Shown piece after piece: positions 1-9,222 of a stretch of 64,000 nt of DNA. Numbering within the stretch: position 1 is the first letter of the stretch; every line of letters starts with the position of its first letter. The position numbers were made by a program, and so were the translations under genes. Origin of the DNA: Dehalococcoidia bacterium (GTDB lineage Bacteria; Chloroflexota; Dehalococcoidia; Bin125); the NCBI GenBank assembly GCA_963662615.2, contig CAXXSR010000001.1, forward strand, positions 512,001-576,000, read 5' to 3'. The notes under the pieces are model-generated. The model did not search any database. It was given only the letters and a program-made list of their open reading frames with translations, and was not told where the DNA came from.

Positions 1-1011
1 CCTCCCGACGCGATTCGCCACGAATATCTGGCGGACCGCGAAGGCGAGCGCTTGGACGTGTTCCTCGCGCGCCGGCTGCCGGGGCTCTCGCGCACGGCGG
101 CGCGCCGGCACATTGTGAAAGGTCTTGTTTTCGTAGAGGACGAGATCGAGCGCCCCAGCTACCGCCTCCGCTTTGGCAACACGGTGGGAGTCTGGCCTGC
201 GCCGCCGCCCCAGCCGGTGGCGGAAGCGGAGGATATCCCGTTCGACGTTCGCTACGAGGACGCCGAAGTCATTGTCGTCAACAAGCCGCCCGGCCTGACG
301 GTGCATCCCGCGCCGGGCGAGCCGCGGGGGACGCTGGTCAACGCCCTGCTCGCCCGCTGTCCCGACCTCCAGGCGATCGGCGACGCCATCCGTCCCGGCA
401 TCGTGCACCGGCTCGACAAGGACACCAGCGGCGTGATGATGGTGGCCAAGCAGCAGTCGGCCATGCACGAACTCCAGGAGCAGATCCGCGCTCGCACGGT
501 GGAGAAGCGCTATTGGGCCGTGGTCGCCGGCACGCCCGACCCGCTCAGCGGCAAGATCGACGCCCCCATTGGCCGCGACTTCGCCGATCCCCGCCGCATG
601 GCGGTCGTTGAAGGCGGCCGCCCGTCCCAGACCGAGTACGAGGTCCGCGAGCGTTTCCTGGATACGTCGCTGCTGGAATGCCGGCTGATCTCCGGGCGGA
701 CCCACCAGATCCGGGTCCATCTGACCGCGCTGGGCCATCCCATCATTGGCGACCGCATTTACGGCTTCCCCTCCGACCTCATCGACCGGCAGGCGCTCCA
801 CGCGCGCGTGCTCGCGTTCGCACACCCCCGCAGCGGGGAGCGAATCCGGATTGAGGTGGAGCCGCCGCCGGACTTTCTCGCCCTCCTGGACGAGCTGCGC
901 CGGATGGAGCCCGTGCATGGACCGGACATCGCTCCGCTTGCTACGGTGACGACGCCGCCTGACGCTCCCGGCTGGCGCCCGTCGCGGCACCGATCGCGGC
1001 ACGTCCGTTAG
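1..1011 (+). CDS. rluD: RluA/RluD-family pseudouridine synthase (5' end probably lies upstream of the window)
   Basis: N-terminal S4-like RLDVFLA, then VNKPPGLTVHP, HRLDKDTSG (catalytic Asp), GRTHQIRVH and LHA motifs; frame is open from base 1. Confidence 0.92.
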   Translation, partial: PPDAIRHEYLADREGERLDVFLARRLPGLSRTAARRHIVKGLVFVEDEIERPSYRLRFGNTVGVWPAPPPQPVAEAEDIPFDVRYEDAEVIVVNKPPGLTVHPAPGEPRGTLVNALLARCPDLQAIGDAIRPGIVHRLDKDTSGVMMVAKQQSAMHELQEQIRARTVEKRYWAVVAGTPDPLSGKIDAPIGRDFADPRRMAVVEGGRPSQTEYEVRERFLDTSLLECRLISGRTHQIRVHLTALGHPIIGDRIYGFPSDLIDRQALHARVLAFAHPRSGERIRIEVEPPPDFLALLDELRRMEPVHGPDIAPLATVTTPPDAPGWRPSRHRSRHVR

Positions 1012-1050
1012 CGCCCGCCCCAGACCGCCGCCACAACGCAACAGCGATCC

Positions 1051-2532
1051 ATGACGGTACGCGTACGCTACGGCCCCAGCCCCACCGGTGAGCCCCATGT
1101 GGGCAACATCCGCACCGCCCTCTTCGACTGGCTCTTCGCACGCCACCACGGCGGGCAGTTCCTCGTTCGCATTGAGGACACCGACCAGCGGCGCACGGTG
1201 GAAGGAGCGGAGGAGCGCATCTTTGACGCTCTCCGCTGGTTAGGCATCGACTGGGATGAGGGACCCGACATCGGCGGGCCCTACGCCCCCTACCGCCAGT
1301 CCCAGCGGCTTCCTCTCTATGACGAAGCCGTGGAGAAGCTCCTGGCCGACGGCGCCGCCTATCGCTGCGCCTGCACGCCCGAGCGGCTCGACGCGTTGCG
1401 CAAGGTACAGCAATCGCACAAGCAGCCGCCGGGGTACGACGGCCACTGCCGCTCGCGGCCGCTGGCGGAGGTCGAGCGCGAGATCGCGGAGCACGAAGGC
1501 CGCTTCGTCGTGCGCCTGCGGATACCGGAGGACGGTGTTACGGAGGTCGTCGATGCGCTCCGCGGCGCTGTCTCCTTCGACAACGCGCTTTTGGACGACC
1601 ACGTCTTGCGCAAGGCGGACGGCTACCCCACGTACCACCTCGCCTCCGTGGTGGACGACGCGGCGATGGCGATCACGCACGTCTTCCGCGGCGACGAGTG
1701 GCTCTCCAGCGCTCCCCGGCACCTCCTCCTCTACCGCGCGCTGGCGCTGGAGCCGCCGGTCTTCGTGCACCTGCCGGTGATCCTGGGGCCGGACAAGGGC
1801 AAGCTCAGCAAGCGCCACGGCGCCGTCAGCGTGCGCGAGTACGCCGCGCAGGGCTTTCTCCCGGAAGCGATGATGAACTTCCTGGCACTGTTGGGCTGGG
1901 CCAAGGACGACCGCACGGTCCAGATGAGCGTGGACGAGATCATCGCGGCGTTCGACATCGACGGCCTCGGCACGACCAGCGCCACGTTCGATCTGGAACG
2001 GCTCACGTCCATGAACGGCGCCTACATCCGCGATCTGTCGGCGGACGCGTTCCTCGCGCGCGTTGGTCCTTGGCTGGAGGAACGGTTGCCGGCCGCCGTC
2101 CCCCGGCCCGTCGATGCGGGAATCCTCCGGCCCGTCGCCCCGTTGATTCAGGAGCGGGTGAAGCTGCTCAGCGAAGTCGTGGACTACACCGACTTCTTCT
2201 TCCTGGAGGGGCCGCTCCCCTACGCCGGCGAGTCGCTGCTGGGCAAGGGCTTCCGCAACGACCGGTCGGGCGCGCTGGCGGCGCTGACGGAAGTGCGATC
2301 GGTGCTGGCGGGCGTCGAGCCGTGGACGGCGGAGCGTATTGAGGCGGCGCTGCGGGGCTTGGCGGATCGGCTGGAGCTGAAGCCCGGCGTGCTCTTCACG
2401 CCCGTCCGTATCGCCGTGACCGGGAGGACAGTGGCGCCGCCGCTCTTTGAGACGATCGCGCTGCTGGGTAAGGAGAGGACGCTGGCGCGGCTGCAGGACG
2501 CGGCGGAGCGTCTTGAGCAGGTCGCGGGCTAA
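1051..2532 (+). CDS. gltX: Glutamate--tRNA ligase
   Basis: RYGPSPTGEPHVG (HIGH-like), RIEDTD, KLSKRHG (KMSKS-like); C-terminal anticodon-binding domain. Confidence 0.97.
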   Translation: MTVRVRYGPSPTGEPHVGNIRTALFDWLFARHHGGQFLVRIEDTDQRRTVEGAEERIFDALRWLGIDWDEGPDIGGPYAPYRQSQRLPLYDEAVEKLLADGAAYRCACTPERLDALRKVQQSHKQPPGYDGHCRSRPLAEVEREIAEHEGRFVVRLRIPEDGVTEVVDALRGAVSFDNALLDDHVLRKADGYPTYHLASVVDDAAMAITHVFRGDEWLSSAPRHLLLYRALALEPPVFVHLPVILGPDKGKLSKRHGAVSVREYAAQGFLPEAMMNFLALLGWAKDDRTVQMSVDEIIAAFDIDGLGTTSATFDLERLTSMNGAYIRDLSADAFLARVGPWLEERLPAAVPRPVDAGILRPVAPLIQERVKLLSEVVDYTDFFFLEGPLPYAGESLLGKGFRNDRSGALAALTEVRSVLAGVEPWTAERIEAALRGLADRLELKPGVLFTPVRIAVTGRTVAPPLFETIALLGKERTLARLQDAAERLEQVAG

Positions 2533-2540
2533 GGCGCCCA

Positions 2541-2604
2541 CGTCTTTCGACCCTTCGTCCTTCCCGCAGGGAAAGATCAGGACAGGCGGGCTCGGGACGA
2601 GCGG
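2541..2604. repeat. REP-like short intergenic element (cgtccttcgac-aggctcaggacgagcgg family) with a nested insert
   Basis: 2556-2593 is the reverse complement of 48143-48180 (about 3 mismatches in 38 nt); the outer part matches 15400-15425. Confidence 0.7.
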
Positions 2605-2658
2605 CGCCCGTCCGCTGGAATTGCCCGATTTCCGCCGTGTTGCCTACACTGGATCAGG

Positions 2659-2732
2659 TGGGGATTAGTCTAGTGGTAGGACGACTGACTCTGGATCAGT
2701 TAGCGGGGGTTCGAATCCTCCATCCCCAGCCA
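2659..2732 (+). tRNA. tRNA-Gln(CTG)
   Basis: Acceptor stem TGGGGAT/ATCCCCA, anticodon arm ACTGA-CTCTGGA-TCAGT, GGTTCGAATCC T-arm, encoded CCA. Confidence 0.97.
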
Positions 2733-2741
2733 AACCCAAGC

Positions 2742-2818
2742 GGCGCATTCGTCTAGCGGCCCAGGACACCGCCCTCTCAAGGCGGAGATCGGGGGTTCGA
2801 ATCCCCCATGCGCTACCA
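2742..2818 (+). tRNA. tRNA-Glu(CTC)
   Basis: Acceptor stem GGCGCAT/ATGCGCT, anticodon arm CCGCC-CTCTCAA-GGCGG, GGTTCGAATCC, encoded CCA. Confidence 0.97.
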
Positions 2819-2829
2819 AACGAGTCACC

Positions 2830-2853
2830 GGCTCCCCTTGGGGGAGCCTTTTT
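2830..2853 (+). terminator. Rho-independent terminator after the tRNA pair
   Basis: GGCTCCCC-ttg-GGGGAGCC followed by TTTTT. Confidence 0.85.
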
Positions 2854-3095
2854 GTGTGGCGGCGCCTCGACACGGATCGGCCTCCAGCGGCCGCCGCCGC
2901 TGTCTCAGCCTGTCGCCCGTGCTCGTTCGCACAGGACGACACAGCCAACGCAGCAACGGTGAGGAGTGCGACTCCACCGAGTTGCTTAACCAACCTTGAG
3001 GAGAGCCGTACCATCGGTGGGGAGCTGCGCCTGTTTTCCGCTGCGCACGGACGTCAGTGATGCAGTGAGTCAACCCGTTAGGAGAGTGGACGACC

Positions 3096-4280
3096 ATGGC
3101 TCTACCAGAGCGAATGAAATTCGGAATCTTCATGGGGCCGTTCCACCGGGTGGGAGAAAACCCCACGCTCGCCTTGGACCGCGACCTGGAATTGATCCAG
3201 TGGCTCGACAGTCTCGGGTATGACGAGGCGTGGATCGGCGAACACCATAGCGCCGGATGGGAGACGATCTCCTCTCCCGAGATCTTCATTGGCGTGGCCG
3301 CCGACCGCACGAAGCACATCAAGCTGGGAACAGGCGTGATCAGCCTTCCCTACCACCATCCCTTTAACGTCGCCAACCGCATGGTCCAACTGGACCACAT
3401 GAGCCGCGGGCGCGTGATGCTGGGCGTAGGGCCCGGCGCCTTGCCCGGAGATGCCTACATGCTGGGCATTGACTCCACCGTGCAACGACAGCGTATGGAC
3501 GAGGCGTTCGGGATGGTCTTGCGGCTGATGACCGAGACCGAGCCCATCACCTACAAGAGCGACTGGTTCGAACTTCGAGAAGCCCTCTTACAGTTGCGGC
3601 CTTTCAGCAAACCCCACATGCCCATCGCGGTTGCCGCGGTCCAATCCCCCGCTGGGGTCGCATTAGCTGGGAAATATGGCGCGGCGCTGCTGACCATCAC
3701 CATTCCCCGCGACCCGTCCGCCGCTCCCGCGGCCGACCTCGCCGGGCTCTGGAACATCGCCGAGGAGTCAGCGGCGGAACACGGGCAGAGAGTGTGCCGC
3801 GACGACTGGCGCTTGGTCTTGCCGGTACACCTGGCCGAAACCAAAAAGGAAGCGCTGGAGCAGGCCCGGTTGGGCGCCGGCCGCTTCCAACGAGAGTACA
3901 TGGAGCACACCATCGGCCGGGCACAGATGGTAGACGGCCCGCCGGAGAGGATCGTCGACGCGATGGCCGACAGCGGCGCCTGGATCATCGGCACGCCGGA
4001 TGACTGCATCGAGGGCATCAAACGGTTGGATGAGCAGAGCGGGGGCTTTGGCGGCTTTCTGGTCCAGGCCATTGACTGGGCCCCTCGGGAGCACCTCCTG
4101 CACAGCTTTGAGCTGTTAGCCCGGTACGTCATGCCCCATTTCCAGGGCAGCACCTTGAGCACCGTCGCATCCAACGCGTGGGCCTACGAGCGGCAGGGAA
4201 CGCTGAACGCGGGCCGCGATCGAGCCATCGACCGAGCCAGATCGGACTACGCCAATCGAGCACTGGAAAGACGGCTCTAA
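3096..4280 (+). CDS. LLM-class (luciferase-like) flavin-dependent monooxygenase
   Basis: MKFGIFMGPFH, GYDEAWIGEHHS, IKLGTGVISLPYHHP, LDHMSRGR motifs. Confidence 0.92.
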   Translation: MALPERMKFGIFMGPFHRVGENPTLALDRDLELIQWLDSLGYDEAWIGEHHSAGWETISSPEIFIGVAADRTKHIKLGTGVISLPYHHPFNVANRMVQLDHMSRGRVMLGVGPGALPGDAYMLGIDSTVQRQRMDEAFGMVLRLMTETEPITYKSDWFELREALLQLRPFSKPHMPIAVAAVQSPAGVALAGKYGAALLTITIPRDPSAAPAADLAGLWNIAEESAAEHGQRVCRDDWRLVLPVHLAETKKEALEQARLGAGRFQREYMEHTIGRAQMVDGPPERIVDAMADSGAWIIGTPDDCIEGIKRLDEQSGGFGGFLVQAIDWAPREHLLHSFELLARYVMPHFQGSTLSTVASNAWAYERQGTLNAGRDRAIDRARSDYANRALERRL

Positions 4281-4386
4281 GCGGCGCACGACGCCAGGAA
4301 AGCGGTCTGGCCCGAACGCAACGGCGCGGCGGCGGGCGCAGGGCCTCCAGCCGTCCTTGCCACGACGAATGCCTCGGCTACCTCCC

Positions 4387-4611
4387 CTACGCCTCGACGA
4401 AGAACGACCAGAAAGCCAGGGACGGGACGAACTCGAAAAGCAAATTCTCGCACTCTAGGCAAGCCCAGACCCAGGCGTCTGGGGATTCGAGGGAGCGGAG
4501 GCATTTTCGACAGTACCGACTCCCGCAGGGCTCGCAGGTCTCCCACCCGGAGTACAGGCGCCACAGCCACCCTCGCTTCTTGCCGCATCCCCGACATGCC
4601 TTGGTCCTCAT
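4387..4611 (-). CDS. 74-aa Cys8 zinc-finger protein, FYVE/rabphilin-like spacing
   Basis: MRTKACRGC...CEPC-x4-CRKC...WACLEC; GAGAGG RBS before the ATG at 4611. Confidence 0.65.
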   Translation of the reverse strand: MRTKACRGCGKKRGWLWRLYSGWETCEPCGSRYCRKCLRSLESPDAWVWACLECENLLFEFVPSLAFWSFFVEA

Positions 4612-4784
4612 GAGGCACCTCTCAAGCCGTTCTGCTCGTTCACCAGCCTGATACTCGCTGCCTCGATGCGCCGCGGGCAGGTGCACCCGCCCCATCCGCC
4701 ATGGGACGAATGACCCATTCGTCTCTTTTGCTGGTGAGCGAAGCATCCTGCCTCCCATCTGTCTTCGTCCCCTGCGGCATTCAG

Positions 4785-4915
4785 GAGGCGCCGAGTCCTT
4801 GCGCCCCAGTCGCTCGGCGACCGTGTACACACCCTCTCCGGCCCTCATCCAAAGCGTCGTCGCGGTGTGCCACGCGGCCAGATCGAGGCCGCCTGCCCTC
4901 ACGCAGAAGATCGAC
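4785..4915 (-). pseudogene. Tyrosine recombinase/integrase C-terminal remnant
   Basis: CVRAG..LAAWHTATTLWMRAGEGVYTVAERLGRKD resembles the box II pattern LRHT.AT..L.AG....V..RLGH.D, with the catalytic R and second H degenerate. Confidence 0.6.
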
Positions 4916-5148
4916 TCCGCGGACGGCGAGCGGGCTCGTCCCCAGTGCGCTAGTCTCCGGCCGCGGGCACCGATCGGACCTGCTCCCCGGCGGCGTCGGC
5001 TGGGGCCCCCACGCTTGCGGACACGACGCCGGCGACAGCATCGTGACCCTCATCTGGACGCCGCCACGGCCGCACTGCCTGTCTGCTGCGCTCGACGTAC
5101 TCTGCATCCCTGCCCGCATCGTGCCTCACAAAACGAGGGGAGGAGACC

Positions 5149-5562
5149 GTGACGCATTTCAGTGCTGCCGCCGAGAAGCGCTTGCGCGCCGACCAGATCG
5201 CCTGGCTCACCACCGTGAGCCCCAGCGGGATGCCGCGGTCGTCGCCGATCTGGTTCCTCTGGGACGGCGAGACCTTCCTCATCTTCAGTCAGCCGAACAA
5301 GCCCAAAGTCCGCAACGTCGAAGCGCACTCCAAAGTCTCACTGCACCTCGACGGCGACGGGCGGGGCGGCAACATCGTCACGATCGAGGGGACGGCGCGG
5401 ATCGACCGCGATGCGCCGCCGGCCGATGCCGTCTCCGCTTACGCGGAGAAATACGCGGCTGGCATCAGGCGCCTGGGGATGGATGCGGCCAGGTTCGCCG
5501 CGGACTACTCGGTGGCGATCCGGATCTCTCCCCTGCGCGCCCGCGCCTGGCTGGTGTCGTGA
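5149..5562 (+). CDS. PPOX-class F420-dependent oxidoreductase (Rv3369-like)
   Basis: IAWLTTVSPSGMPRSSPIWFLWDG, KVRN, GGNIVTIEGTA; GGAGGAG RBS. Confidence 0.88.
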   Translation: MTHFSAAAEKRLRADQIAWLTTVSPSGMPRSSPIWFLWDGETFLIFSQPNKPKVRNVEAHSKVSLHLDGDGRGGNIVTIEGTARIDRDAPPADAVSAYAEKYAAGIRRLGMDAARFAADYSVAIRISPLRARAWLVS

Positions 5563-5818
5563 CGATCGGATGCTTCTCGACCTCGACTCCGAGAGCAGAC
5601 GAACGACCTGGGGGCGCTGGGTAGAACTGCACCCGGCGAGGCGCGGTGTATCCCGCAAATGGAGCCGCGGGGCGCCCTCCTGCGAAATCCAGGCAGCGTT
5701 AACCCACAATCTCCTACGAGTATCCTGTGCCCCCTGAAGACTGGCGGTGTCGTGCGCCGCCATCTAGCAGAGAATGCAGGGCCAGCCAATTCGGTTCTTT
5801 CGCGGATAGGGGTGACGA

Positions 5819-6532
5819 ATGCGGTGGTTCGTGGTCGCGCTCGCATTGGCAACCGTTCTCACATCAAGTGTGGTGTTTGCGGCAGAGAAAGCGCACGCCC
5901 CGGCCCAAGGAGCTCCCTCGGCTGACATCACGCTGGAGGCGGGCATCAACGAGCTGGTGTATCTGGGTGAGACGGCGACGGTAGAGGAGGCGCTGAACTC
6001 GATTGCTGGCCTCTATTCTGCGGTGTTCCATTGGGACAACACCACGCAAACGTGAAGCGTGAATCGACCGGGCGAGCCGGCCTTCCTCTCCGACTTGGAG
6101 ACGATGGAGTTCGGCCAGATCTATTGGATTGTCGTCTCCGCGCAAGTCCAGCTTACGATCGCGGAGATTGGCGGATTAGCCGGCCCGACCATCGCGATTA
6201 CGGGTCTGGACTTCGCGTTCGACGGTGTGCCCGAAACCGTGGACGCCGGACTCGTGACCTTCACGTTCGAGAACACGGGCGCCGAGTTTCACGAGATGAT
6301 CTTGGCGCGGCTGCCCGAGGGAATGACGTTGGAAGAGGCTCTGGCACTCCCCCCAGACGATGAGAGCCTTCTCCCGATCGGGGTCCTCTTTGCCCTGCCG
6401 GGAGTCCAGGGTGGCAGCTTGACCGTCGACCTCGAGCCCGGGACCTACGCGTTCATCTGCTTCTTCGAGAACGAGCAGGGCCCGCATGCCTTCCAGGGGA
6501 TGGCCGCCGAGTTCATCGTCGCCGGGCCCTGA
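5819..6532 (+). pseudogene. Secreted protein (conserved N-terminal module plus cupredoxin domain) interrupted by in-frame TGA at 6053-6055
   Basis: Signal peptide; ORFs 5819-6055 and 6059-6532 share one frame; type-1 Cu ligands HEMIL...C-x7-H-x4-M; the TGA aligns to Trp in the paralog at 59201. Confidence 0.8.
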
Positions 6533-6628
6533 GCTTGGCGCTCAGCGGCGGCCCCACCTACACCTGCGCCCCCCGACAGGCAGCAAGTTCTCGCCACTGG
6601 TCGCGCCAGCTCATGCGGATCATGTGCC

Positions 6629-7165
6629 TCATACCGTCGGCGAAAGGCTCTTGGTGGGCGCGTCCCACCATATCTCGTCCTTGGCGTCCGTGTACTCGAA
6701 GACGCCGAGGTATTTCGCCGCCCAGCTTAGCGCCGGCAGTCCGAAGCCAGATTTCATCGCCCGCGCCTTGATCTCGCGTGCCGGTAAGGGACCTTCGGCC
6801 AGCCAGCGCATCAGGTCGTGCGCTGCAGCGTCGCGAGAGGCGGGGCTGCACGGTGGGGGCGGGGCTCCATTACGGCGAGCCCCCAACATGCGCGTCGTGT
6901 CACACTCGCCGCACAACCTCTTGTCCCCAAGCGACTTGGAACATTCGCCGCAATAGGCGCGACGACATTGGGAGCATTCGCTCCAGAAGGGGAAGCGCCA
7001 GATCGCCGCGCGCTCATCACCGCACTTCGAACATTGCCCCTGCGCGAGGCTTCGCAGCCCTCGCTTGCGGCCCCTGAGTCGGTACGTGAGCGAGAGAAGG
7101 ATGTCGACCAGCACGTAAGCGAGAAGACCGCAGAGATAGATGGCCAAGAGTGCGAGCAGCGGCAT
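6629..7165 (-). CDS. Membrane-anchored Cys8 FYVE-like zinc-finger protein with possible C-terminal winged-helix-like domain
   Basis: N-terminal hydrophobic helix; CSKC...CSQC-x4-CGEC...RLCGEC; tail WLAEGPLPAREIKARA. Confidence 0.7.
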   Translation of the reverse strand: MPLLALLAIYLCGLLAYVLVDILLSLTYRLRGRKRGLRSLAQGQCSKCGDERAAIWRFPFWSECSQCRRAYCGECSKSLGDKRLCGECDTTRMLGARRNGAPPPPCSPASRDAAAHDLMRWLAEGPLPAREIKARAMKSGFGLPALSWAAKYLGVFEYTDAKDEIWWDAPTKSLSPTV

Positions 7166-7530
7166 GTCCCACCCCTTTCATCCGACGCCAGCTCATCCCG
7201 GGCTGAGGCAAGGATGGATGTCCTGGCCGCCTGAAGGGAGGTGCGGGTGCCCCATCCGCCGTGGGACGAACGACCCCGCCGCTCGTCGGCCGGCAGGAAG
7301 TCCGGACTCGGTACGGAGCGAAGCCGCGTACGAGGTTCCGCCCGTCACAGCCACCTCGCGCCCGGTTTCAGGCCCCCAACCTCGAGACCCCCGGACCTGC
7401 CGTGCGGGGTCATGTTCGACGTCACGCGGCGACGGAGCGCGGGACTGGAGGACAGATGGACGCGCTGGTTCCAGATGGCGGCAGCACCCGTCGACGGGCG
7501 CCGTCACCTCACGTCAGCGACCGTTGCGAA

Positions 7531-7612
7531 CTCTCAAGGCGAAGGTCGTGGTTTCGAATCCCGCAGGCGCTGCCACACGCGTCACCGGCTCCCCGAACGG
7601 GGAGCCGGTTTT
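7531..7612 (+). repeat. Degenerate duplicate of the tRNA-Glu 3' half and terminator (att site)
   Basis: Ungapped match of 7531-7594 to 2774-2837 (about 9 mismatches in 64 nt), starting at the anticodon loop. Confidence 0.88.
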
Positions 7613-7638
7613 CGCCTGCTGGGGGGCGATTCGGCCCT

Positions 7639-7851
7639 TCAGGGGACGACGTGGGCGACCCGCCAGCGAGCGCCCTCCCGGAGAAGGTGAACCGTCGCCC
7701 GCACTCCCTGGGGGTTGACGAGACACACCTGTGCTCGGCCCCCATGAACGTTGACCGATTCCACCGTGGGGGAAGCGAGCGCCGCTGCGCCGAAGGACTC
7801 GGTGACGGCGGTGACGCGGGCAGAGTCCCGGTCCATGGCGACGCAGGTCAT
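7639..7851 (-). CDS. Small hypothetical protein (70 aa)
   Basis: GGAGAGG RBS before the ATG; beta-rich, ends LLREGARWRV (NTF2-like ending). Confidence 0.45.
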   Translation of the reverse strand: MTCVAMDRDSARVTAVTESFGAAALASPTVESVNVHGGRAQVCLVNPQGVRATVHLLREGARWRVAHVVP

Positions 7852-7912
7852 GCTTCCGCCTCTCCAAGTTGCTTGCGCGTCCCCGACCGCCGGGGTCCGG
7901 CGCCTCGGCGCT

Positions 7913-7968
7913 ATCGCTAAGGAGCGATCGCGAAAGATCGATTGCGAAAGAGCCATCGCTAAGGAATA
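7913..7968. repeat. 4 x 14-bp tandem array (ATyGCkAArGA-NNN), probable regulator-binding array
   Basis: Units start at 7913, 7927, 7941 and 7955. Confidence 0.75.
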
Positions 7969-8215
7969 GACGGGTTATCGCTCCGGGCGTGACGATCCTC
8001 GTGGACCCGGGCGGCCCGAGTGCGCTCCATCTGGTGGTGGCGCCGCTGTCGCGTCGCGCCCCTGGGCTCGACGGCGGCTTGATTGAACAGCGGCGGGATT
8101 AAACGGCGGTGGGCTCGCTCGGAGCGGCTGCGAGTAGACTGACCTGGCCTGAGACGGAGAGGGCCCCGATATCTTGGCTCGACCGCAGACAGCGAAGCGA
8201 TGCGCTGCCAGCTGA

Positions 8216-9217
8216 ATGGAGTCCATCATGCCCGACCGCGACCTGTTCCGCTCCGAGACGTTCCGCCCCGAGACGTTCCGCCCCGAGGCGATCGACGCGG
8301 AGACCGCCGCCTTCAACGCCGATCTAGCGCGGCAGTTGGCCGGCGCGCCTCGCAACGAGGATCGGCCCATCGACGTGGCGCGGCGCGAGCGCGAATCGGG
8401 CGAGGGCGTCTTTGGTCCCATCACGTTGCTGGAGCAGGCGGTTGAACGGCGCATCCCGGGCCCGGGCGGCGAGGTGCCGCTGCGGCTCTTGGTGCCGGAT
8501 GCGGTCCACGGCGTCTATCTCTACCTCCACGGCGGCGGCTGGGTCTTCGGGCGCGCCCACCTCCAGGACGACGCGCTCTGGCGCATTGCGACCGAGGCCG
8601 GCGTGGCCGTGGTCAGCGTGGACTACCGCCTGGCGCCGGAGCACCCCTATCCCGCGGGCCCCGACGACTGCGAGGCCGCCGCGGTCTGGCTCGCGCGCAA
8701 CGCGTTGGCGGAGTTCGGCACGGATCGGCTCGTGATCGGCGGCGGTTCCGCAGGCGCGCACCTGGCCGCGGTCACGCTCCTGCGGATGCGGGACCGGCAC
8801 GGCTACACCGGCTTCGCCGGCGCCGATCTGCTCTATGGCATCTATGACCTCTCCATGACGCCCAGCCAGCGGCTGATCGGCCGCGACAGCCTCGTCATCG
8901 ACGCGAGGTCGATGGCCTGGTTCTACGACCAGTTCGTGCCCACGCAAGACCGTCGCGATACGGACGTCTCGCCCCTGCACGCGGAGCTGGCCGACATGCC
9001 GCCGGCGCTGTTCACCGTGGGCACGCAGGATCCGTTGCTCGACGATTCGCTCTTCATGTGCGCGCGCTGGATCGCGGCCGGGAACGAGGCCGAGCTGGCT
9101 GTCTATCCCGGCGGGGTGCACGGCTTTACGAACTTTGCCGGCTCCTTGCCCCGCCGGGCGAACGAGCAGCGCACGGAGTTCATCGCCGAGGCCGCGCGCG
9201 AGCGGGTCGAAGCCTAG
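8216..9217 (+). CDS. Alpha/beta hydrolase, HSL-family esterase
   Basis: YLHGGGW, DYRLAPEHPYPA, GGSAG nucleophile, DPLLDD, HGF. Confidence 0.92.
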   Translation: MESIMPDRDLFRSETFRPETFRPEAIDAETAAFNADLARQLAGAPRNEDRPIDVARRERESGEGVFGPITLLEQAVERRIPGPGGEVPLRLLVPDAVHGVYLYLHGGGWVFGRAHLQDDALWRIATEAGVAVVSVDYRLAPEHPYPAGPDDCEAAAVWLARNALAEFGTDRLVIGGGSAGAHLAAVTLLRMRDRHGYTGFAGADLLYGIYDLSMTPSQRLIGRDSLVIDARSMAWFYDQFVPTQDRRDTDVSPLHAELADMPPALFTVGTQDPLLDDSLFMCARWIAAGNEAELAVYPGGVHGFTNFAGSLPRRANEQRTEFIAEAARERVEA

Positions 9218-9222
9218 CCGTC

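Larger units (their letters stand above)
2774..7612. mobile_element. Decayed island integrated at tRNA-Glu (att copies 2774-2853 and 7531-7612)
   Basis: Degenerate copy of the tRNA-Glu 3' half plus terminator at 7531-7612; tyrosine-integrase remnant inside. Confidence 0.8.

Noticed and set aside
1051-2818. gltX next to tRNA-Gln and tRNA-Glu as a novelty
   Set aside because: Common arrangement, consistent with a non-discriminating GluRS.
6053-6055. In-frame TGA as selenocysteine or genetic-code reassignment
   Set aside because: It aligns to Trp, not Cys, in the 59201 paralog; TGA ends many normal genes here; no convincing SECIS seen. A TGG>TGA nonsense change is simpler.
7400-7470. Possible integrase extreme C-terminus (GHV...QMDAL) next to the att copy
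   Set aside because: Similarity too weak to support without an HMM search.
8253-8287. 15-bp tandem repeat at the esterase 5' end (ETFRP x2)
   Set aside because: In-frame micro-duplication in a variable N-terminus; no evidence of function.
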